A stretch of DNA of 36,083 nucleotides from Candidatus Yanofskybacteria bacterium RIFCSPHIGHO2_01_FULL_44_17. Its GTDB lineage: Bacteria; Patescibacteriota; Minisyncoccia; 2-02-FULL-40-12; IGHO2-01-FULL-4-A. The notes below the pieces were generated by a model. It saw only the letters and a program-made list of their open reading frames with translations. It did no database searches and was not told the DNA's origin. The stretch covers positions 8,010 to 44,092 of the forward strand of contig MGJI01000009.1 in NCBI GenBank assembly GCA_001794195.1. Direction: 5' to 3'. A program made the position numbers and the translations under genes. Below, piece by piece: positions 7,725 to 14,828 of this stretch (its first letter is position 1; the number at the start of each line of letters is the position of its first letter).

Positions 7725-9272
7725 ATGCCAGCGTTTAAGGTTTTTTCAGCAGCAGTAATAGGCCTGGAATCATTCCCGGTGGAAGTGGAGGTTGATTCTA
7801 CACCGGGCCTCCACTCGCTTAGTATTGTCGGACTACCAGACAAGTCTGTTCAGGAATCCAAAGATAGAATCGAGTCCGCTATAAAAAATAGCGGTTTTAT
7901 TGCGCCCAAAAAGAAAAATAATCGGGTTATTGTTAATCTTGCACCGGCAGATATTAAAAAGGAGGGGCCATCTTACGATTTGCCCATAGCTCTTGGTTAT
8001 CTTCTGGCTACCAAGCAAATATGTCTAGATAATACCAAGAGATTATTCCTGGGGGAACTTTCTCTAAACGGATCACTTCGTAAGGTGAGCGGAATTTTAC
8101 CGGTTGCCTTAATGGCCCTGGATTCCGGATTTGAGGAATTTTTGATACCAATTGACAACACAGTCGAGGCTTCTGCTGTTAAGGGGTTGCGCATAATTGG
8201 TATCAGTAATTTAGCTGAGCTGGTCAAATATCTTAACAAAGAAATAACAATAGAGCCGACCAAACATCTAGACTACGATCACTGCGCTCTAAACGCCTCC
8301 GAGAGTAACGAATTACATGAGTTTGATCTATACCATATCAAGGGTCAGGAAAACGCTAAGAGGGCCCTTATAATCGCTGCCAGCGGTGGTCACAATATTC
8401 TGATGCACGGTCCTCCCGGTTCAGGCAAAAGTCTGTTAGCGCAGGGCTTATCCAGCATTTTGCCGAATATGAGTCGTGATGAGGCTCTTGAAGTTACAAA
8501 AATATACAGTATTTGCGGGCTGATAAAAGATTTGCCTATAATAAAAGAAAGGCCGTTTCGCAATCCTCATCACAGCACCTCGGCAGTGGCGGTTGTCGGC
8601 GGTGGAACATGGCCCAGGCCCGGTGAGATCTCTCTCGCCCATCGTGGAGTGTTATTTCTTGATGAGCTACCTGAATTTTCACGAGACGTCATTGAGGCAC
8701 TACGCCAACCCATGGAGAGTGGTGACGTGGTAGTTTCACGGGCGTCGAGCTCAGTTAAGTTTCCGGCCAGATTTATGCTGGTAGCCGCAATGAATCCTTG
8801 CCCCTGCGGTAACTATGGAGATGACGTTAAGGATTGTATTTGTAGCGCCGCAGCTATTTATAAATATCAACGGAAAATTTCAGGCCCCATGTTGGATAGA
8901 ATTGATATTCAGATAAGTGTTCCGCGAGAAACATATAGTAGGCTAAGTGGCGAACCAACAGGACGAAAAAGCAGCGAAATAAGAACAATTGTGGCAAAAA
9001 CAAGAGAGGTTCAGGCCCAAAGATTTACCGGAACCAAGGTACACGCTAACAGTGAAATGGGGCCAAGAGATATAAAAAAATACTGTGAACTTACTCCAGA
9101 CGCTGAAGAATTAGTTAAAAGTGCTGTTGTGTCGCATAATCTATCGGGTCGAGGCTATCACAAAATACTTAAAATTGCTCGTACGATCGCCGATTTATCC
9201 GAAAGCAAGTTGATTATGCCCAATCATGTGGCCGAGGCCGTGGCATATCGAATAAAACCAGAGACGCCTTAA
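7725..9272 (+). CDS. comM: Mg-chelatase-like AAA+ ATPase, YifB/ComM family
   Basis: 515 aa with an N-terminal Lon-like ChlI domain (IVGLPDKSVQESKDRI), Walker A GPPGSGKS, Walker B VLFLDELPEF, the zinc-ribbon-like NPCPCG motif and a C-terminal ComM helix bundle. Confidence 0.93.
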   Translation: MPAFKVFSAAVIGLESFPVEVEVDSTPGLHSLSIVGLPDKSVQESKDRIESAIKNSGFIAPKKKNNRVIVNLAPADIKKEGPSYDLPIALGYLLATKQICLDNTKRLFLGELSLNGSLRKVSGILPVALMALDSGFEEFLIPIDNTVEASAVKGLRIIGISNLAELVKYLNKEITIEPTKHLDYDHCALNASESNELHEFDLYHIKGQENAKRALIIAASGGHNILMHGPPGSGKSLLAQGLSSILPNMSRDEALEVTKIYSICGLIKDLPIIKERPFRNPHHSTSAVAVVGGGTWPRPGEISLAHRGVLFLDELPEFSRDVIEALRQPMESGDVVVSRASSSVKFPARFMLVAAMNPCPCGNYGDDVKDCICSAAAIYKYQRKISGPMLDRIDIQISVPRETYSRLSGEPTGRKSSEIRTIVAKTREVQAQRFTGTKVHANSEMGPRDIKKYCELTPDAEELVKSAVVSHNLSGRGYHKILKIARTIADLSESKLIMPNHVAEAVAYRIKPETP

Positions 9273-9300
9273 GACAAGACGACTTAACTTATTTGAAACA

Positions 9301-9321
9301 AAAAACGCCTAAGGCGTTTTT
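9301..9321. terminator. Short bidirectional terminator between convergent genes
   Basis: aaaaacgcc-taa-ggcgttttt, with A-runs and T-runs on both sides. It sits between the comM stop and the stop of the minus-strand 79-aa ORF. Confidence 0.6.
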
Positions 9322-9559
9322 AATTTTTTTTACCAGTATGGTAGTCAAAGACAAGTATGGGACTTATCTCGTCTATAATTAGCAGCGTTTCCTTGCCAGT
9401 CAGTCCGTCAATGCACTTTACGTATGGGTGTATAAATTTTTCAGATACCTCAGGATGCCATCCTCTAATCCATATTTTTTTTCTTGAAAAAGACCCGTTT
9501 TTATTTGTAGTAATTTTTAAAATTTGGTAGCCAGCCAAACGGTCGTTTAAAGATTCCAT
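9320..9559 (-). CDS. Small hypothetical protein
   Basis: 79-aa ORF with an ATG start preceded by an AGGGA-like SD. It lies 80 nt downstream of the M23 peptidase gene on the same strand and ends at the bidirectional terminator. Confidence 0.45.
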   Translation of the reverse strand: MESLNDRLAGYQILKITTNKNGSFSRKKIWIRGWHPEVSEKFIHPYVKCIDGLTGKETLLIIDEISPILVFDYHTGKKN

Positions 9560-9640
9560 GGTTCCCTATCCGCTGCCTAGTTTTCAAACAACCTTCTTTA
9601 AGTGTATTCTTAGCGTGTATATTTTTCAATTATCTGAATA

Positions 9641-10684
9641 TTAATATTTAGCCAAAGGATTCTTGGCTCCATGCACCTCGAAGTGGACATGGCAGCCGGT
9701 TGAACGTCCGGTTGAACCCATAACTGCAATATGCTGACCGCGAACCACGGCTTCCCCTACGCCGACTAAGAGTTGGCTTGCGTGAGCATATAGCGTTTCT
9801 GTTCCGTTAGGATGGTTAATCTTTATAAACTTGCCGAAACCGCCATTATAGCCTACGGCGTCAGAGAGCGTTACCGTGCCGTCGGCTGAAGCATAAATGG
9901 GCGTACCGCAGGAGTTGGCAACATCTACGCCATTTCTTCCATGAATTCGCCCCCAGTTATAACCAGTTGCAGGCTGCATGAAATAGCCGCTTAAAGATGG
10001 CAGATAGGCAAATCTTTTAGCTGTGTTGGACTGTGTTGCCACAACCGGAGTGTTGATTTTACCACCTGGTACTACAATTTCAGCATCTATTTGTAAATCT
10101 TCGGCTTGAGGTAGGCTGTTGAAGGTTTTTATTTTATCTTCTTCAACGCCGTATTTCTTAGCTATTGTAGCTAGCGTATCGCCCTTTTTAACCTTATGCA
10201 AAACTCCCGTTACGGGTGGAATCTTAAGATCTATACCTGGGCTAATGGCATCAGCGTCACGAAGATTATTTGCCCATATTATGGTATTTACGCTCACACC
10301 ATAGTCAGAAGCAATAAAAGAGAGGGTGTCTCCCTCTTGCACGGTATATGTCGATATCTGAGCTCCTCTATCACTAAATTCATCCAAAATATCAGTCAAA
10401 ATTGTTCCGCGGGAAACAATGGAGTTGTCTTGAATCGTATTAATAACCGATGGTTGCGGAGCTTTCTCGCTCTTGGCATAGGCCACAAGGCTATTAATAT
10501 CCGCGAGCTGATTATGAGATGGCGCAGTAATGACTGCGGCTGCGGTTTCGTCTATGTAACTGGTCAATAAGTTACTCAAAACGCTCTTTTGACCTTCCGA
10601 CGAACCTTTAAAAACAATTACAAAAACCGCTAAAAGCATAACGGTAAAAAAGCCGGCTCTGCCGCTTCTTAAAAATGACCCCAA
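9641..10684 (-). CDS. LysM-domain M23 (LytM-type) metallopeptidase
   Basis: Signal-anchor N-terminus. Two LysM repeats (YTVQEGDTLSFIASDYGVSVNTIIWANNL; HKVKKGDTLATIAKKYGVEEDKIKTFNSL). The M23 core has HGRNGVD, a HxxxD-like motif and the terminal GSTGRSTGCHVHFEV. The start is TTG. Confidence 0.9.
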   Translation of the reverse strand: MGSFLRSGRAGFFTVMLLAVFVIVFKGSSEGQKSVLSNLLTSYIDETAAAVITAPSHNQLADINSLVAYAKSEKAPQPSVINTIQDNSIVSRGTILTDILDEFSDRGAQISTYTVQEGDTLSFIASDYGVSVNTIIWANNLRDADAISPGIDLKIPPVTGVLHKVKKGDTLATIAKKYGVEEDKIKTFNSLPQAEDLQIDAEIVVPGGKINTPVVATQSNTAKRFAYLPSLSGYFMQPATGYNWGRIHGRNGVDVANSCGTPIYASADGTVTLSDAVGYNGGFGKFIKINHPNGTETLYAHASQLLVGVGEAVVRGQHIAVMGSTGRSTGCHVHFEVHGAKNPLAKY

Positions 10685-10846
10685 AAATAGGTTGTGAATA
10701 AAAGTCTTAATTTATTAGAGTTTAGCCGCCTTTGGCGAGCCTCGCCTATGGCGGGAATCTAGAACCTAGAATCTAGTAGAAATCATTAAAAACTAGAGAT
10801 TTGAGGCCTAAAACAACAACGACTCTCTTGCGAGAATCTAAACTAA

Positions 10847-10875
10847 ATACTAGCGCCGTGGAAGCGGGGAGTCAA
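10847..10875 (-). promoter_or_regulatory. Putative promoter for the M23 peptidase gene
   Basis: On the minus strand this reads TTGACT - 17 nt - TAGTAT. It would give a leader of about 155 nt. Confidence 0.4.
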
Positions 10876-11193
10876 GAGGGTTGGTTGATAACATGCTCAC
10901 ATTAAAATTAGCTCGTCCATCATCGTTTTTTGAGACGCTCCATTAAAAAATAAAAAACCGCTGGGCAGACCATGCGGATGCGTAAAAACGCCGAGGAAAA
11001 TAAATACGCGATATTATCTGCCGCGCCTTTTGCTATCTAAAAACATTGCAAGAAGTGCCAGTTCTGGGGTCATATCCGACGACCCGGGCCTATTAGCTAA
11101 AATACCGGCCGCAATATCGTCACCCCCGTCGCAATGGTTCAATAGCTTATGCCCATCTTGCTTCTTATTTCTTAATTCTTAATAATAGCTTTT

Positions 11194-11553
11194 ATGGACA
11201 CTCTGGAGCTTGGATTTTTAGCGGAAAATATCGCGGCTAGGTATCTGGAAGATGGGGGATATGAGGTAATTGATAAGAACTACCGTAAGCCGTGGGGAGA
11301 GATAGACATTATCGCACAAAAAGATGGGGTGGTGGTTTTTGTTGAGGTTAAATCAAGCGGACGCGAAGCCGAGGGGCTGGAACCTGAGCTCAGAGTAGAC
11401 TGGAAAAAGGAAGCTAAAATTAAACGCGTCGCAGCTTTTTATCTGGAGCAGGAATTCGGAGATATGGAACGAGAGTGGCAAATAGATATAATTAGTATAA
11501 CTTTTGATAAAAATGATAAGAAGGCGGAATTAAAACACTTTAAAAACATTTAA
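11194..11553 (+). CDS. yraN: YraN-family (UPF0102) endonuclease-like protein
   Basis: 119 aa with AARYLEDGGYEVIDKNYRKPWGEIDIIAQKDGVVVFVEVKS, the typical YraN restriction-endonuclease-like core. Confidence 0.85.
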   Translation: MDTLELGFLAENIAARYLEDGGYEVIDKNYRKPWGEIDIIAQKDGVVVFVEVKSSGREAEGLEPELRVDWKKEAKIKRVAAFYLEQEFGDMEREWQIDIISITFDKNDKKAELKHFKNI

Positions 11554-11658
11554 ATCCGAATGCCTGTCCCAGCGCGAACTCTTCCGAGGGCTTTACTTAA
11601 TAAATTAATGGCGTTAGTATAAAATCAAGTTAGAACATTTAAAATAAAAGGCACTGAG

Positions 11659-12549
11659 ATGAGAAGACTTACCGGCTTAGTTATTGTTTTGTTGTTTTGG
11701 TCAGGCGTCGCCGCCGAGGCTCAAGAGAATACTTTGGTCTGGCCGCCTGGCTCAATGTTTGGCGCTTGCAGCAACGACCGTGATCAGGCAAAATTTTGGG
11801 ATGATCTTTCGATACTGCCTGTAGAGTTTGCTACCTTTAAAGACAATCGTCTGACAGCGAGTTTCGCCAGTCCTTATGCGACTAATCTGATTTATTTTTG
11901 GCTCCCACCCGATCTTAACCTTGGATTTATGGGGCGCAATGGTGCTTGGGAAGAAGAACTTGACCGAAACTCTTTTTTGAAAAGAATAAAAAAGGAGTTC
12001 TGGCTCGTTATTTACAGAAAAATTGCTGATGAAAATGTACTTTGCGAGGCCCACCAATTTCAAAACTGGCAATCAATAAGAGCGACTTATGGGAACGTGT
12101 CTAAGGGTCCAGAAACTGTAGAGGGGATAAGGTATTGGCAAGCACTTAGAATGCGCCCGCTTTATTTTCATGAAATAACTGAAAAAGAGGCCCATTGGTT
12201 GCTTCTTATGCCTAGAGATACAGCTCCTGAAAACGTAGAGTTGGTTAAGCTTGAAAACGGCGAGGTTCTTTCAAAAATATTAAAAACAAAGGACGGCTGG
12301 TTTGTGGAAATAACTGACCACGGAATTTTTAAAATCAGCGAAGATTCCATTTTTCATATTGTAGAGACGAAAGCTCCAGAAAAAAGAGGCTTTTTTAAAA
12401 CTCTTGCCAGGTTTGCCCTTAGCGGAACTAAAATAAGGGCAAGGCCAGTTGATCTCGCCTATTTTATGGAAAATGGGAAAAAAAATTTTTGGCTTTCATT
12501 TTTTAACAAGGACGAGAAAATACTCTCAAGAAGTATACAAATACCATAA
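11659..12549 (+). CDS. Hypothetical secreted protein
   Basis: 296 aa with a signal-peptide-like N-terminus (LVIVLLFWSGVAAEA). I recognise no motif. Confidence 0.55.
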   Translation: MRRLTGLVIVLLFWSGVAAEAQENTLVWPPGSMFGACSNDRDQAKFWDDLSILPVEFATFKDNRLTASFASPYATNLIYFWLPPDLNLGFMGRNGAWEEELDRNSFLKRIKKEFWLVIYRKIADENVLCEAHQFQNWQSIRATYGNVSKGPETVEGIRYWQALRMRPLYFHEITEKEAHWLLLMPRDTAPENVELVKLENGEVLSKILKTKDGWFVEITDHGIFKISEDSIFHIVETKAPEKRGFFKTLARFALSGTKIRARPVDLAYFMENGKKNFWLSFFNKDEKILSRSIQIP

Positions 12550-12611
12550 TCATAAGAAGTAATTTCTAACAAAAATTGGCTTTTAATACCCTAACAGGGT
12601 ATTTTATTTAT

Positions 12612-13454
12612 ATGGTAAAAATTGGAACTCATGTTTCTATAGCTGGCGGGATAACAATGGCGCCCAAAAGAGCTTTTGATTTGGGTTGTGAAACATTTCA
12701 ATGTTTCACGCGTTCACCGCAGGGTGGACCGGCGCCGGAACTTACGCAATCAATAGTCATGAATTTTAAATCGCAAATGCAGGAATTCGGTATCGAAACT
12801 TTTTATATTCATACGCCATACTATATCAACTTCGCTTCACTTGAACCAAGAATACGCCGCAGCTCAATAAAGGTGGTCAGAGATGAGTTGGAGCGGGGGA
12901 GTGCGCTTGGAGCTAAGTATGTCATGACACACCTTGGCTCACATGCGGGACAAACACTTGAGGAGGGGATAGCAAAAGTGGCAAATTCGGTGAGTCAAAT
13001 CCTGAATGGTTATAAGGGCACGACCGAGCTACTTCTTGAAATAGCTGCCGGCAGCGGCAATATTATCGGTGATACATTTGATGAGGTGGCGACAATTGTG
13101 GAAAATGTTAAAAAGTTAAATGGTTTTGGTGGGGTTTGTTTTGACACCTGTCACGCCTTTGCATCTGGTTATGATTTCCGCACACCTGAAAAAGCCGAGA
13201 AAATGTTAAAGGAATTCGATAAAAAAATCGGGCTGGAATACCTCAAGTTAAGCCATATCAATGATTCTATGATGGACTTGGGTGGTAAGCGCGACCGGCA
13301 CGAACACATCGGTGATGGCTTCATCGGAGTTGACGGTATAACGGCGTTGCTTACAAGCAAGCCATTCCAAAAAATAGATTGGCTGCTTGAGACGGAGGAT
13401 TCGAAGAGGGAAGAGGATATTAGAATACTTAAAGACATTCGCGACGCCCTCTAA
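12612..13454 (+). CDS. nfo: Endonuclease IV (AP endonuclease, TIM-barrel)
   Basis: MVKIGTHVS start region, HTPYYINFAS, YVMTHLGSH, CFDTCHAFASGYD and HINDS...G.KRDRHEHIG match the Nfo metal-ligand motifs. ATG 12612 is preferred over the track's TTG 12576. Confidence 0.92.
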   Translation: MVKIGTHVSIAGGITMAPKRAFDLGCETFQCFTRSPQGGPAPELTQSIVMNFKSQMQEFGIETFYIHTPYYINFASLEPRIRRSSIKVVRDELERGSALGAKYVMTHLGSHAGQTLEEGIAKVANSVSQILNGYKGTTELLLEIAAGSGNIIGDTFDEVATIVENVKKLNGFGGVCFDTCHAFASGYDFRTPEKAEKMLKEFDKKIGLEYLKLSHINDSMMDLGGKRDRHEHIGDGFIGVDGITALLTSKPFQKIDWLLETEDSKREEDIRILKDIRDAL

Positions 13455-13663
13455 TTTAATTTCAGCATCTGTCCCCTGTAAATAATATATCGATTTTCTC
13501 ATTTCCCTGGATAAAAAATCGTACCCCTTACGTTCAAGCAAAAGCCGACATTAGTCGGCTTTTGCTTTCACTCCGTCCCAATTTGTTTATCAACGGGAAA
13601 TATCAAAAATCGATATTTATTTACGCGGTGCCATCTGAATGAAATTAAACCAGGGGGCGTCGC
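13441..13663. repeat. Imperfect palindrome of ~223 bp with ~110-bp arms
   Basis: The reverse complement of 13554-13663 aligns with 13441-13549 at roughly 70-75% identity by eye. Matching blocks include gcgacgccc, tttaatttca, taaataa, atatcgatttt, atttccc, gataaa and agcaaaagccgac. The centre is the nfo terminator loop. Confidence 0.7.
13541..13566 (+). terminator. Rho-independent terminator after nfo
   Basis: aaagccgac-atta-gtcggcttt followed by tgcttt. Confidence 0.8.
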
Positions 13664-13702
13664 TCATGCGTTTTTACAATTTTTGTGAGGTCTTTTTACC
13701 CA

Positions 13703-13731
13703 AATGAAAAGCCCCGACGTCACGTCGGGGC
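13703..13731 (-). terminator. Rho-independent terminator for the minus-strand small gene
   Basis: The stem gccccgac / gtcggggc is followed on the minus strand by UUUUCAUUU. It lies about 70 nt downstream of stop 13802. Confidence 0.75.
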
Positions 13732-13801
13732 TGAGGTTCTGCTCCCTCTAGGCTCTCCATTGATTTTACAGATCAACGGGGACAATGAACTGGTCCCCAC
13801 T

Positions 13802-14092
13802 CTACTTAAGAAACTTGTAACAGGCGGAAAGGAAGTCGCTGGTATTTCTGTAACATCCGCTCGCAGCAACTATTTTCCATCCTGGAGCAAATACGAAATT
13901 ATCCTCAATGGTCTGCATTTCTCTTTCTACTTCCTGAGGATCGATCCCGTACTTATTCAGGATTTCTGCTACCTGGGCAACTCCAGGCTCATCGTTCCGA
14001 GCGCCCCCACAAACCATACAGCCGTGTCCGCCAATTGCGTTGCGCAACTCAAACTGCAAACCGCTCAACCTACTACCCTTTTCTGTCGTCAT
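13802..14092 (-). CDS. Small CxxC protein, possibly DUF1858-like redox-disulfide domain
   Basis: ATG 14092 has a GGAGG SD 7 nt upstream, whereas the track's TTG 14110 lies inside that SD. GGHGCMVCGGA...VAQVAEILNKYGIDPQEV resembles the GMHCxGCP...HGID pattern of hybrid-cluster-associated redox-disulfide domains. The gene has its own promoter and terminator. Confidence 0.55.
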   Translation of the reverse strand: MTTEKGSRLSGLQFELRNAIGGHGCMVCGGARNDEPGVAQVAEILNKYGIDPQEVEREMQTIEDNFVFAPGWKIVAASGCYRNTSDFLSACYKFLK

Positions 14093-14336
14093 TGTTTTGC
14101 CTCCAAGCAAAGTTTTAAAGTCGACTATTCTTCTTTAAAACTCTTCGGCTGCAACTTGCAGTATTCCATAATTTAGAACTCAATAAAACCAATATCTAAC
14201 TAAGTTTTTAGAAGGCCTTTTAAAAATGGCTTGATGCGCCTGTGCCCGAGCGTTAGATAGAATCTACTAAGAGATATGAATACTGGCTTTATTGAGCCCT
14301 AAATGGGCTAAAATGTAAGGTACTTTTATACTATCA

Positions 14337-14365
14337 ATTATATCATACTTTTTGATAAAAAGCAA
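14337..14365 (-). promoter_or_regulatory. Putative promoter with extended -10
   Basis: On the minus strand this reads TTGCTT - 17 nt (ending in TGA) - TATAAT. It would give a leader of about 230 nt for the small CxxC gene. Confidence 0.5.
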
Positions 14366-14499
14366 GGGCTTCGAAACCATTGAAAAATAGAGGTTTTAAA
14401 GCAGTAGGGCGGGCCCATATTATTTTTCGAACATTGTACCGAGTAACTGAAGGAGCGAGGGACACCGAGAGAAAAATGATAGGGGCGGCTCGCGAGGCT

Positions 14500-14823
14500 T
14501 TAGCGAATTGCCGAACCGTCAGGGACGGGGGAGAGTGGTTGGGTAATGACTGGCTTGTCGTCAGAGTCGCTGGCGCAGAGGATCATGCCCTGGGATTCGA
14601 ACCCCATGAGCATGCGCGGTTCGATATTGGCCAAGATTAAAACTTGCTTACCCACCAATTCTTCTTTGGGATATGGGAGTTTAAGCCCACCTAAAATCTG
14701 GCGAGCTTCTGTTCCAATATTTACGACAAATTTATATAACTTCTCGCTGCCTTCAATTTCGTCTACGCTCTCAATCGTCCCAACAACAATATTTAGTTTT
14801 TTGAAATCTTCAATTGTAATCAT
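14500..14823 (-). CDS. tRNA-binding domain protein (CsaA / Trbp111 / EMAP-like OB fold)
   Basis: 107 aa. DFKKLNIVVGTIESV...EKLYKFVVNIG...RQILGGLK...LVGKQVLILANIEPRMLMGFESQGMIL is the MetRS-C/CsaA-type fold. Confidence 0.88.
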   Translation of the reverse strand: MITIEDFKKLNIVVGTIESVDEIEGSEKLYKFVVNIGTEARQILGGLKLPYPKEELVGKQVLILANIEPRMLMGFESQGMILCASDSDDKPVITQPLSPVPDGSAIR

Positions 14824-14828
14824 ACGAG

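Noticed and set aside
10685-10846. c-di-AMP (ydaO-type) riboswitch upstream of the M23 peptidase
   Set aside because: The context is suggestive, but I could not find the conserved ydaO sequence blocks (the GGGGACCCA / ACCCGA...CAGCUAA type) by eye. It is left as an unclassified leader.
13685-14176. 163-aa plus-strand ORF with a GTG start
   Set aside because: It overlaps the minus-strand small gene, which has an SD, a promoter and a correctly placed terminator. The plus ORF runs through that terminator and has junk-like composition.
14585-14605. gggattcgaacccc, a T-arm-like motif suggesting a minus-strand tRNA
   Set aside because: It lies inside the conserved FESQGMIL segment of the CsaA-like CDS. 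The T stem would have a mismatch and no acceptor or anticodon arms can be built.
14380-14640. 86-aa plus-strand ORF with a TTG start
   Set aside because: It is antisense to the well-conserved tRNA-binding-domain gene and to the non-coding GC-rich tail. There is no SD.
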